Assembly (NCBI RefSeq): GCF_009914755.1
Contig: NC_060940.1
Origin: the human T2T-CHM13v2.0 reference genome, Homo sapiens
DNA: 64,000 nucleotides
Direction: 5' to 3' (one strand)
Position 1 is the stretch's first letter; the number at the start of each line of letters is the position of its first letter. Under the pieces are notes generated by a model. It saw nothing but the letters and a program-made list of their open reading frames with translations, made no database searches and was not told where the DNA came from. Below are positions 17,676-32,897 of the stretch, one piece after another. The translations under genes and the position numbers were made by a program.

Positions 17676-17847
17676 ACCACATATATGCAGCTGGAATACG
17701 GCCAACCCTAGCAGTTCTGTGAATCGCCCTCCTTTCTTTCCTTTTTTTAACCTGTGACTATTTATACATCTTAATTATAATCTTGTCACATGAAGTGAAG
17801 CAACACAGAATTATACAATTTTATATTTTTTTCACTTGATATCATAA

Positions 17848-18138
<291 letters not shown>

Positions 18139-19224
18139 TCATAAGATAACTTTTAGTGGCTGAAATCATGCACGCATCCCACCAGTATTTACTAAATGAG
18201 TGATGTTCTCTTCAGTAGATGTTCTGTGATTTATTACAGTGCATGGTTGTCTCTTTGATGTTCACTCTTTATGCACCTATTGTGCAAGCCTGAAAAACTA
18301 GGTGAGCTCTGGTCACTAAAGAGCCAGGGGAAACAGCATTATTTCAGGTATGATTAACAAACAAGCCTGATGTGAGCCCCAGCCAGGACTCTAGAATGGA
18401 TTATTCAATGGAGGACCTGGAAAGCGGGAAACACTTGGAAAAGAAATCATTCATGTTCATGACGAAGTCACATGAATTAATAATAATATTAGTAATTTCC
18501 ATCACTACATGCCAGGCAACTTTATCGAATGATTTCCAGATCATTAAAGATCAAATTATCTCCCTATGCCTCATAGCCATCTTGGGGGGATAAAGAAATA
18601 TTATTATTCTCATTTTCCAGCTGAGGAAAAGGGAAGCTCAGACAGGTTAAGTGACTTTCCCAAGGCTACAGAGCCCATAAGTGGAGATGCTGTGACTCAG
18701 ATCTAGACCCATTCACAACCTAAGCCTGATCTCCATGACACTAAGAGCACCATGCCAACCTATTTCCAACAGGCTACAAAAGGCTGTCAACCAGGAAAAG
18801 GCAACAGACACAGTGAACCTGGATGTCAGATGGCTGGCAAGGTCTCTCATTATTTCCTTGACATTTAATCCAGTTAGGTGGGTTCCAAATTGTTGCAAGA
18901 CAGCCCTGAATGGGAACCTACTGATTCATGGGCAGGACTGATGGCCACCCAAGGGGGTGACATGTCACAGGGCTATGGGCTCAGCATGTCCTGGCCAACA
19001 GTCTAATGAGCGATCTGGAAAGAGGCAGAGAGGCAGGCTATCTCTGATACGCCCATGCCCCATCAGCCCTCAGCATGGTGCCTAGATGCAATGTGCTCCT
19101 GACCTGGGCAGACACAGCCAGCTAAGAGAGCCCCCTGTATGGTCACCGCTGACTGATCCCCTTCCACTCGGAGCCCCAGCAACTCGGATGCTGCACACAG
19201 AACGGTTTTATCCAATCCAAAATC

Positions 19225-19540
19225 ATCTTCTTCTTTCTCCTTCTCCCCCTCCTCGCCCTCCTTTTCCCCCCATTCCTCCTCCTCCTCTCCCCATTCCTCC
19301 TCCTTTTCCCACTCCTCCCCTCCTGCTCCTATTCCTTCTCCCCTTACTCCTCTTCCTTCTCCCACTCCTCCTCCCTCCCCTTCTTCCTCCTTCTCCCCCA
19401 ACTTCTCTTCCTTCTCTCACTCCTCCCCCCTCCCCCTACTCCCTCCTCCTTCTCCCACTCCTCCCCCTCCCCCTCTTTCCCCTCCTCTTCCTCCTTCTCC
19501 TTCTTCTTCTCCTTCTTCTTTTCTTTTCTTCTTCTTTCTA
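19225..19540. repeat. Low-complexity polypyrimidine (CT/CCT-rich) tract
   Basis: ~315 bp almost entirely C and T on the plus strand. Confidence 0.95.
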
Positions 19541-20052
19541 ACCTAAGAGTTTATAAAGAATTGGAGGGCGGTATTTGAAACCACCATGGAGAATGAGTAC
19601 GGTATTCAGTTAATTCCAGTTAATTAAACATAATATAGCCAAAGCTGCAAGTGTTTGGACACATTAGCAAGAAATGTCAGGGTCCTGCCTGGCCCCTCTC
19701 ACTGCATTGCTGATACATTTGGTGAAGAGAAAGGCCTATGTCTCTTTGTCCTGATCTGATCTGGACTCCTCCTCATCATCCTGCCTGTGTTAGTGCCTTT
19801 TGGATTCTTGGACTGTACCATCTGCCCTACGAACAGCCCTCCCTGGGCCTTGGGCCCCGTCTGCTCTTGGGCCAGTAGCATGGAGTTTAAAGGCGTTTGC
19901 TCCCATCCCCCCAAAGGCTCTCTGTTGACCACCTGCCCCAGGAATGCCTTTTCTTTCATGTTGTTTAGTCATGCCGAACTTTCTCTGTCCTCTGAAGTTT
20001 TACTGCCTATAGCTGCCCCTTTGATGTAATTCTAGGCAAGATTTCTAAATGC

Positions 20053-20620
20053 TGATATAGGAGTTAAGAAGAAATTAGGCAGATAGTAACGGTATGGGAG
20101 TTCGCAGTAAGGCTTTTCTTTTAAACGAAAAGCAGCCCCAAATTATTTTCTTTTCTAACAAAGAGCAGCCTGTAAAATCGAGTTACAGACATAGATACTG
20201 GCAGTTGTGCCAATCATCTTAAAGATGGAGGCTCCATCTTCCTTTGTCTTTGTCAGCCACCTGTGCAAAGGAGCAGGCAAGATGGCACAATCAACTGGGA
20301 AGTCCATTTGTATAATAAGTTTAGGGTGGGGCAACCAGACTTCCCTGTACACTACGTAAACGTCATACATGATCGAACCAATCTGTAAGCCCTACGTAAA
20401 TCAGACACCCCCTTCTCCAGCCTGCCTATAAAATCTGATGCGGTCCGCCACCTCCCCCTTTTTTTCCGACGTTCTCTCTCAAGGAGCTGCTCTCCTCTCT
20501 TCTTCCTTCTATTAAACTTTCCACTCCTTAACTCACCCACATATGTCCGTGTCCTGAATTCTTTCTCCGCAGGAGACAAACAACCCCAGGGTGTATACCC
20601 CAGACAACATAGCCATTTCA
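20053..20620 (+). mobile_element. ERV1 solo LTR, MER50-like
   Basis: TG...CA termini, 4-bp TSD ATGC (20049-20052 and 20621-20624), CCAAT boxes, TATAAAA and ATTAAA; start tgatataggagttaagaagaaatt resembles the MER50 consensus. Confidence 0.85.
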
Positions 20621-20759
20621 ATGCCTTTCCTTCACACGGGAAGGCCACCTTTCCAAACAGGACAGTCTTGCTCAAGGTTCTTTTGGTTGCAGCCGACATA
20701 AACCCACGGCGGCCTCCACGGGCACGCAAGCTACCAGCCGCACAGGCTCGCATTCAGAA

Positions 20760-20880
20760 TGGCTTCATGCTTTGTTTCGGGTTCTGCTGCTGCCATATTG
20801 AAATTCTTAACACATTTTGAACAAAAGGCCCCACCATTTCCTTTTGCATTAAGCCTCTAAGTTCTGTAGTTGGCCCTGCA
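20760..20880. mobile_element. MER91-like DNA transposon fragment
   Basis: ctgctgccatattgaaattcttaa..ttttgaacaaaaggcccc..ttttgca..tgtagttggccctg. Confidence 0.55.
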
Positions 20881-21061
20881 TAAAGCCATTCTGGTAACTT
20901 GGATTACCAAGGGGAGATTTACGAGAAGGACAAGGGGTGTCTCTCAGAACCCAAAGGTGAGAACTGGAAGCAGGGCCTGGAAAACCAGAGTCCAGGAGGC
21001 CGGTACTCGCTCACAGTCTCTCTCTCCCTCTGTCTCTACTTGTGCTTCATTTGTCTTATTC

Positions 21062-21400
<339 letters not shown>

Positions 21401-22729
21401 TGAGAGAGACAACACGGCTGCTGGCCCCACCCAAGACTCCATCTCCTTTGTCCCAGATATCAGACCCAATGGCAATTTCATGAGACAGAGACTCTGATTA
21501 GCCCAGCTTGGGTCAGGTGTCCAGCCCTGGTCCAATCAGCTCCACCCCACGGGGCAGGGTCCCATAGTGCCAACATGGCGCCCATATGGAAGCAGGAAAC
21601 AGTCAGCAGTTTGCAAAAAACAGATTCGCCTTGAAGTTTCCAGGAAACACATTTAGCCAGGCCCCACCCCACCCGCTGCAGCAGCCCCAAACTCACTGCC
21701 CAGCCATCTCATGCTGACTATCCTATGGGCGCCCCTTCTAGAAATGCCCTCAAAATGTGTTTGGTGATTGATTAATTGACCATTGGCCTCAAGCCCATTT
21801 CTAGCTGAGCTATTGACTTTTGTGCTGGGGGTTTAGAGAAAATCCTATCCTCTATTGTCATTTTCTTTCTCCTGTTTAAAAACAAAGCAAAGCAAACAAA
21901 CAAAACTCCTTCACAAGGAGGCTGGGAGGGCGCACAATATAGACAGCTGTGAAAAAGGCTGGTGTGGGGAGAAGCTTCTCTCTCTCTCTCCATGCACACA
22001 ATGTATATTATCTAAGGCTGTGTCAGCAAGCTATATATCTTTGACCCTTCAAAGTCTGGCTCTTTGTAACTCATTGCAAAGAATTCTCTTGGGGGCACTC
22101 AGTTCTGTGAGGGACAGATAGCCGCCTCTCCCAAGGAAGCGGATTCGACTCTGGGAGATAAATCTTCTTCGCTTCCTTCCTCTCTGAGACGATTATGAAG
22201 AAAGTGCTCCCATAGTCCTGGCAGGAACAAAGGCCCTGTGTCCAGAGAGGCTCCCCCACCCGACCTCTCATGCATTATGAATGGGGCCTCAAGATCATTT
22301 CACAAGCTTTTCACGCTCCGAAATGGCCACTCCCCAGCCTTAGGCTGCCCAGCTGTCGGAGACCCCTTGGCCCCTTCAGGGCTATGTCCCCCATGGCTCC
22401 TTCACGCCAGCCCCAGGGGACTGACAACCTCTCAGCCATAAATGTCAGCCAGGCCTTCTGCCGATGCCACCGGGGGATGCGGAGGGTAATCGGGACATGC
22501 TCTGTTGTCCCATCAGTAAAATTATTAGGAATTTCAAAGAATTAAATCCCAAGCACAGGCCCTTCTGAGTGCAGGGCCCTTGGCTGCTGCCCTGGGAGAT
22601 AATTACCCACGAGACTGGCCCTGACTGTAGCTATAATTTCAACTTATCCATCAACCTGATTCTTTGACTCAGGAAAGTTATTCATTAAATAAATATTTTT
22701 CTAAGAATTTCAGAGCATCCACTAAAGCA

Positions 22730-23230
22730 GACCATAGATCTGCACCATAACCCAGCATTTTCACTGTGTATACACCCAGAAGGGGGATGTGTGTGGATAA
22801 GGAGTTGAACTAGAATGTTCTTTGCAACACTGTTCACAATAGCCCCACATTGGAAACCACCCAAATGCCCATCAATAGTAGAATGGCTAAATAAATGTGG
22901 TCTGTCCAAGTGATGGAAAACCACACAGAAAGAAGAATGGCTTCAAACTACACACAATATGGCCGACTCTCACAAACAATACGGAATGAAAGAAGCCAGA
23001 CACAACAGCGTACACAGCATATGGTTCTGTGCTGTTGGAAGTTCGAGTCACGCTTACTGTTGAGGGTGACTCAATAGGGGGCATGAAGTGGGGCTTGGGG
23101 GCTGACACTAGTGTGTTATTGACCTGAATGCCATTGCATGGTTGTGCTTAGTGTGTGAGTGTTCTTGGAGCTGTACACTTCAGACGTGTGCACTTCTCTG
23201 TATATACTGTATCTCAATAAAAAATAAAAG
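22730..23230 (+). mobile_element. L1ME-type 3' end
   Basis: cactgttcacaatagcccc..ccaaatgcccatcaatagtagaatgg..gtgcacttctctgtatat..tcaataaaa. Confidence 0.75.
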
Positions 23231-23267
23231 TTGCTTCTCAGAATGGGGGCTTAAAAAATAAAAATAA

Positions 23268-23863
<596 letters not shown>

Positions 23864-24369
23864 TTAACATTGGATGAGCACCCAATGTGCCAGGTCCTGG
23901 GGACACAAGGATGAGGAAGTCCCTGCCCGCAAAGAGCTCAGGATCTGGAGAGAAAGGACCCCTCAATTAGGGTCCAGTGTGTTAAATGCCCCCCAGGGAG
24001 ACTCGGGAGGATGAGGGAGGCTGGGAAGATTCTACAGGCCCAGGGAGAGAGGCCAGTGGAGAATGAGGGGTGAGGGGAACTCCCAGTGGCTCAGGACCCA
24101 CTAGGCCTCAATGTGCGATGGGCATCAAGAGGCTGAACTTGCTGGCATCAGGGGTCCTGCCAACACTCCTCAGAATCTCTGATTTACAGTATCGGGGTAG
24201 TCACATGAGAACGAAGCTCAGCTACAAGTGCACACTACAGCTTTGTTTAAAACAGTGACAAAATGGAAAGCAAGCTACGTTTCCAAAGATGGAAGATTAA
24301 CCCAAAGAATGATAGAGGGGCCAAATGAGGGGACTCTGGTAGGACCTGGAAGTGATGCTGGGGAAGACT

Positions 24370-24865
24370 GTTTCATGATTCTCAAGGCCCATGGATGAGC
24401 TGGGATTTGACCCTCTGTGAAAGCCCCCAGGTGAGCCTGCTGCAGTGCCATGGTTGCTGGCAGAAGACACGAGCCTCCTGGGTCAGAGACAAGTGACTTT
24501 ATTACTCGCAGCACAGCAAGTAGCATGAGCTTTATGTTTGCATCGGTTTCCCTTGTCCCCAAGTCCCACAGGGGCCATGCAAAGGGGCCCGGAAGGGGTG
24601 GGTGTTGCGCACACAGCACATTTCTCACAGCTGAGGATCCCTGAGCTCAGGGAGCCCAAATTTCTTATAAGAAATCCTGATCCTTGCCCTGGGGGCAAAC
24701 ATCTATCTATATTGGACAGAAAACAAATTTGCCCTTTGATCTGAGGGGACACACTGTCTCTGTCTAACAAAGTTGTTTGCTATATAAACATCCTTGTAAA
24801 GATAGTTCTTCTACTTGCAAGACATGTAGAAACCTGAGAGACCCATGGAGAATTGTCTCCCAACA
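24370..24865 (-). mobile_element. ERVL solo LTR (MER54/MER74/LTR53 group)
   Basis: Minus strand begins tgttgggagacaattctccatgggtctctc; contains aataaagtcacttgtctctgacccaggag. Confidence 0.65.
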
Positions 24866-24886
24866 ATGACACAGAAAGAAAATTTA

Positions 24887-25221
<335 letters not shown>

Positions 25222-25598
25222 TTAGAGTCGCCAAGAAACAGATAACAAAACAGTATACATGTGTGAATCTGCACATTTGGTGTCTACATGTGCATATTAC
25301 ATAGGCACTAATACAAGCCCAGCAGAATATTCCCACAAATGTTCACAGGGGTTCTTGCTGGGCTTTCGTTCTATGATGAACAAAATAGTGACCATTGTAC
25401 CTAGGAATCAATAGCCAACCCTTGCTATATGTTTGTAACATTCCAACCCCTGTTCTGAGCACATTACAGGTATCACCTCATTTAATCCTCACGACAAGCT
25501 GTGAGTCAGGAGCTGTTTATCATCTCCATTTTCAAGATGAAGCAAACCGAGGCCTGGAGTGGTCACTCAGTGGGGATTGAGTAGAGTTAGGATTCTGA

Positions 25599-25952
<354 letters not shown>

Positions 25953-26559
25953 TGAATAAAGCCTTATCATTATAGCAGAAAACGCCCTCTTTCCAGCAGC
26001 CTTTTATTTATAGATTTAATAAGTCTAAAATAGAAAGACAGGAATTGTTTTCTCTACTCAGAAAATTAAGTGAATCGAAAACCGACCGTAGTGGAATATG
26101 ACGACTGTGTAATAACAGGCAGATGCAAAAATGATCACATTAAATGGCAGTTTATATAATTTATATGAAGCAATATTGCAAATTTATTTTAAAATACATA
26201 TGCACAGGAAAAAAGCACTAGAACAAGATACACGAAGCTATGACTGTGTTTGCTTTAGGGGGCTGAACTCTTGGTGAATTTATTTTCTTTACTCCATTTT
26301 CTGAATTTTTCATAATGCAGTTATAGTTCTTTTATAATGAAAACAGTTATAAAAATGTAAAAAACAAAATGAAACAATGAAACAGATCTTGGGCTAGTAG
26401 AGAAAGCGAAGTCTAATCTAGACTAAAGGCTGTAAATTGGCCACTAGCAGGTCTGACTTGCCTGAAGAATGTTTTGCTTGGCTGAGTCTTTGTTGTTTAA
26501 AAAAATATATGCCTTAGCCTCTGTCACTGTAAAGTCAGGAGATTTCAGATAAAACTCCA

Positions 26560-26950
26560 TCTTTCCCTGGACGCTTGTATTCCTATGACCCAGCAAGTCC
26601 ACTCCTAGGATATACGCAATAGAAATGTACACACCAAAAGCCTAGAATGTCCTAGAATGTTCATAGCAGCTCTCTTCATAATAGCTTCAAATAAGAAACC
26701 ACCCCAATACTCATCACAGTGGAATGGGTGAATAAATTGGGGTGTAAATTTGTGAAAATCATGTATTGGTTGATGTCTTCTGTCTCCCCAAAACATATAC
26801 AACCAACCATGAAAAACTGTGCAAAAGTTGAGAAAGAATGATTTACAACTAAACCCTAAATTTGTATGGAGTTCAGACACGACGGGGAGGGAAAGCAGCC
26901 AGACAAAAAGTCCACCCTGTGTGTAAAACATTAACACAAACCAGCAAAGC
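26560..26950 (+). mobile_element. L1ME fragment
   Basis: tatgacccagcaagtccactcctaggatatac..agaatgttcatagcagc. Confidence 0.7.
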
Positions 26951-27002
26951 CAAGCTCAGGTGTTAGGTCCAGGCAGAGGTCAGCTCGGGATGAGGGTGGG
27001 GG

Positions 27003-27549
<547 letters not shown>

Positions 27550-27679
27550 ATATTTTTTTAAGTCAACCTACTGTGTGATTTTTTTTTCTGCCTTTCTCAG
27601 CATAACTCTAAGCAATAATGTCCACGAAGTCAGGGTTTCAGTGAGCTATAGAGTTCAGCAGTCAACAACACAGACAGTG

Positions 27680-27870
27680 GATCCAGAATGTCTAGGTTTA
27701 AAGCCTGCATCCTCTACAGTTGTGTGACTTTGGGCAAGTTACTTAAACTTCTTGGTCCTCAGTTTTCCCATCTGTAGAATGGGAATAATAATAATACCAC
27801 ATATCACAGGGTGGCCGAAAGGATTAAATGAGTGAATTATGTAGAGTTCTTAGAACAGCTGTGGGCATGC
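27680..27870 (+). mobile_element. MIR
   Basis: tgtgtgactttgggcaagttacttaa..cctcagttttcccatctgtagaatggg. Confidence 0.85.
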
Positions 27871-28124
27871 AGTGGTGTGCTGGTAACTGTTTAACAATGG
27901 CTTGGAAGGAAGGCCTTTACTGATTTCCAATTTCCCTGGTGTAAACACTTCCATTGTGGCTGATTTCAGGCTACCAATGAGAGGTCACTAAAGGTGGTTT
28001 TGGTAAAGGGGCCACTAGGTCATCCCAGGGTTGAAATAAGCAACTCTGTGACCACAGCCCAGATGTGCGTTTTGGAACAAAACCTAAGGAACCGTGGACA
28101 AGCCTTCTGACTTTAACTCTCTGG

Positions 28125-28414
28125 TTTGTTTTACGAGTCAGGGTCTCGCTCTGTCACCCAGGCTGGAGTGCAGTGGCACCATCATAGTTCACTGCAGCCT
28201 CGAACCCCTGAGCCCAGGTGATCCTCCCACCTTAGCCTCTTGAGTAGCTGGGACTACAGGCATGCCACCACGCCCAGCTAATTAAAAAAAATTTCTTTCA
28301 TAGAGACAGGGTTTTGCCATGTTTTCCAGGCTGATATCACACTTCTGGGCTCAAGTGATCCCCCGCTCCAGCCTCCCAGAGTGGGATTACAAGCGCGAGC
28401 CACTGCGCCTGGCC
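28125..28414 (-). mobile_element. AluJ
   Basis: Antisense Alu; TSD-like tctgac(t/a)ttaactct. Confidence 0.9.
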
Positions 28415-28844
28415 TAGCCTCTGACATTAACTCTTATAAAAACACTGGAAAAGAAATATGACTCATGGGAAATTAAATAGCTGTCTTGTCCTTATAATGG
28501 ATTCCTAGGGGTTCCCAGAGCACTCTGGGATGTGTGCACAGGGTCCTCCCTGCCAGGTGTCCCCAAGGGGAACATTCATTACAAACAGCGTTCACGCCAC
28601 CTTCCTGCTTACCTGGTGCCCTGGCCTCGGCCGTCCCCTACCTTCCCTTTCTGGATTTATTAAAGATTCTTTTTACTTCTGTACACGTAACTCATGGAGG
28701 TGCCAGTTTGACCTTTGGAGAAATCTGTGTACAGCTCATCTCAACTTTCCCCACTTTTTATGTCATGAAGCCTGATCTACACACAGTTCGGAATTGCCCC
28801 CACACTCCCCCGCAGTCATTGTCACACTGCCAATATTTTACAAC

Positions 28845-29045
28845 GGGAACGGAACACCTGTTTGCCGAGCGCCCACGAGGGCCCAGGCATCCTCTTAGGT
28901 CTGGAACAGAGAAGGAAGGAAGCCAACGAAGCCGCCCCCGAACACCGGCATCTGACAGAGGAGGCAGGCGGCGCCGGAGAACCCGAAGCAAACCATGTCA
29001 TTGCAGCCCGAGACTCCTGCAAAGAAAATAAAGCAGACGAAGGGG
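28845..29045 (-). mobile_element. L2 remnant, unusually CpG-rich
   Basis: aacacctgtttgccgagcgcccac..ccaggca..aagaaaataaagcag aligns by eye to the antisense L2 3' end. Confidence 0.5.
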
Positions 29046-29896
29046 CCTGGAGGCCTGAAACCTGGGCCGGGGGCATCAGGGGCTGCACACACCCTCATTT
29101 CACACCATCTGGGCATTTCCTCTGTGCCCCAGAGTCCCCAGGATCATTTCGTTTAAATGTGCAAAAATGAAATTCAATTTCTAACTGCACTCCGTGTGCT
29201 TATGAAGTAGTAGAAAACTCGGAAAGGTGGCACTTTAGGATAATTGACCTCGTTCAGGCTCAAAAGCCCCTTTGGCCAGTTCCTGGGTAAATTCAGGATT
29301 TGCATTCCATCGGGGCTATTCTCGGGTGTCCTCTCCTCCTGGCTGACCCCTGAGCCTGAATCCTGGGATTATTTTTAAAGCCTGGATATCACGCTGCTTC
29401 ATGGTGCCGTGCAAAGCACTTGGTGTTTCCTTTACAGGGGGGACACCTGCCTGCTTCCAATTTTCGGCACTATAGATGATGCACGCTGCTGTCTCTGGAG
29501 GAATGTCACAGGATAATAGCTCATGTTCGAGGACTGCTTAGCCGGCCTGAAAGTTTTTGCAAGTATTAACTTATGTAATTCTCCCAACTCTCCTTGAGCA
29601 GAAGTTGCTATTGTTAGCTCCATTTTACAGATGGAGAAACTAAGGCACGGAGAGGTGAGGTGACGATAAGTGGCAGAGCTGGGATCTGAAGTGTCACAGA
29701 GAAGGGTGGGGAGGAGCTGGCACAGAGAGAAACAGCAAAAGTGGATTGCCTTCGCTCCATGCTCAGGACAAGTCTCCCTCTGATTAAGTGCACTGTGTTG
29801 AGAGGCCCCTGGGGAAGGTCTCAAAGCCATCACCCACAGCACAGATGGTGGAAGCTGGCACCCCTGCCATGCTGTGCTGGAAGTGTGCTTTGGTTA

Positions 29897-30250
<354 letters not shown>

Positions 30251-30481
30251 ACATGGTGCACGTCCTCTTTTGACCCTCTGCTGGCTATCTGTCCTCGGGA
30301 AATACCTGCCCATGTGCATGAAGAGGCATGGATGCTTATGCAGGGATGTTCCTTGCAGCATTGTTTGCAACAGTAAAGAATTGGAAATATCCTAAAATGC
30401 TCATCAGTAAGTGAGTGGTTAAATGATGGTACATTTACACTATGGAATCTGTTACCATAAGAAAGAACGCTATGTCTATAT

Positions 30482-30700
30482 CTGGGTTTCTCAACATGGG
30501 TACAAGTGACATTTGGGCTGGATCATCCTTTGTGGTTGGGGGGGGGAGTGTCCTGTGCATTGCAGGAGGTTTAGCGGTATCCCTGGCTCTACCTACCAGA
30601 TGCCAGTAGCACCAGCCTCCTTGGTGTGACACCCAGAAATGCATCCAGACATTGCCGAGTGTTCCCTGGGGGCAAAATTGCCCGTGGTTGAGGACAGCCA
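30482..30700. mobile_element. MER20 (hAT-Charlie), full length
   Basis: 219 bp with typical MER20 body (gacatttgggctggat..ccagatgccagtagcacc..ccagacattgcc..gggggcaaaat) and perfect 8-bp TSD gtctatat. Confidence 0.9.
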
Positions 30701-30792
30701 GTCTATATGCAGTGAAGTATAAAGGTCTCCAAAACAGACTAATACATGAAAAAAAAAGTTACAGAACTGTCTGCATTAAAAAAATACAATGC

Positions 30793-31034
<242 letters not shown>

Positions 31035-31069
31035 CTATTTATCTATATAGACATAGATACAGATACAGA

Positions 31070-31660
31070 GTCATGCATTCAACGAGTTTTATTGAGCACC
31101 TGCCCCATGCCTGGAACTGTTCTTGGTGCTGAGCAAGTAACGACGATCAAAATGAAGTCTCTGCTCTACTGGAGATTACCCTCTGGAGATTACACTTTGT
31201 CTTCTGGCGGGGAAAGACAGCAATGAACAAGCGAATAGACACACGGTATCAGGTGGTGATAAGTGCTACAAAGAAACATAAGTGGGGCTCGGGGACCTCG
31301 AAAAGACACAGGTGCTGTTTTAGAATGGGGTCAGGGCAAGGTGACATTCTACTCCACTAAGGTGACATTGAGCAGGGAGCTGCATGAATGAGGGACCAGC
31401 ATGGGTACTTAGAGGTCAGTGGGCTCCAGGCACAGCAGGAGTCCCCCTGAGGCAGATGGTGCTGTGTGAGCAGGAGGCCCAGCGAGGAGACCCGAGGGCC
31501 TGCAACAGAATAAATGAGGACCGTGGTGGGCGACGAAGCCAGTGAGACATTGGGGGCACAACCACAGCCGGCCTTGTTGCATAGCACTGACTTTGCTTTT
31601 CGCCTCGAGAACTGGAGCGATCAGGAGAAAATCCAGCTTGGAATGTAAAGAGGCCACGGT
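31070..31660 (-). mobile_element. L2
   Basis: cattcaacgagttttattgagcacctgc..ggtggtgataagtgctac..aaggtgacattgagcag. Confidence 0.8.
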
Positions 31661-32570
31661 GGACGGTTCTGGGAGTAACGGAAGAGAAAAGGGGGAGGGG
31701 GAGAGGGAGAGAGAAAAGGAAGAAAGGGAGGAAAGCAAGGAGGGAGGAGGGGAAACACCAGATTGTCCAGCTCACTGACGAGTTCAAATCCCAGCTCCTC
31801 CACCTCCTCAGGCAACCAGCTTCGTCTCTCTGAGCCTCAGTCTCCTGTTGTGTAAAATGGTTTAACCACGCCGCCTCTCATAGGAGAGAATGATGTCACC
31901 AAAGTTCCCACTACGGCGCTTTTTCCGTAGGTCCCAAGTGAAAACAGAAGCTTCCCCCTGTCCTGCCCCTACCCCCAGAAGACCCAGCCAACTCCTCTGC
32001 AGCAGCAGCGCTGTGGCTCAGGGGCCCCTGTTTAGGCTGTAGGCTCCATGGAGGCCCAGAGGGAATGCCTTTCCACACGTCAAAGAAACCTGAGACTCAA
32101 AGAAACCTGAGACCCTAAGGTCGTATCAACTGCAGACCTTTGGGCCTAATGGCTATTGCCACGAAGAGCCTTTTAGAAAAACATCTCAGCAGGGGCCGGG
32201 TTTGAAGGCCCCCAGGGGCTTGTGGGAGGCAACATTTTCTTCTGTCTGACAGCCCCCTCCAACTCCCCCAGCCCGGGATCCCTCCCTGACAGCTGGTGGG
32301 CTGAGCCTGCTTCCCGAGGCTGGGCTTTGGGGTTGGGGTCTCTTTGTCAGCCCAGGAATAACCCAGCACCCACCCGCCCAACCCACACACATACACAAAC
32401 AGTTCATTCACCCTGCAGGAGAGGTCAGGCCCTCCCACAGCATCTGCCCAAGATGCTCGCAAATCCACGGGGACAATCCCAGGCCTGGGGCATCTCCATG
32501 TCACATAGGAGGGGGGGGGGGTGCTCAGCCGAAAGCGGGGCCTCGAGAGGCTCTAAAGACAGCAGCACAC

Positions 32571-32897
<327 letters not shown>

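Noticed and set aside
19063-19541. Pro/Leu-rich and Glu/Gly-rich ORFs
   Set aside because: Artefacts of the CT-rich low-complexity tract.
32080-32113. 17-bp direct duplication (similar 21-bp one at 62072-62113)
   Set aside because: Ordinary slippage duplications with no evident function.
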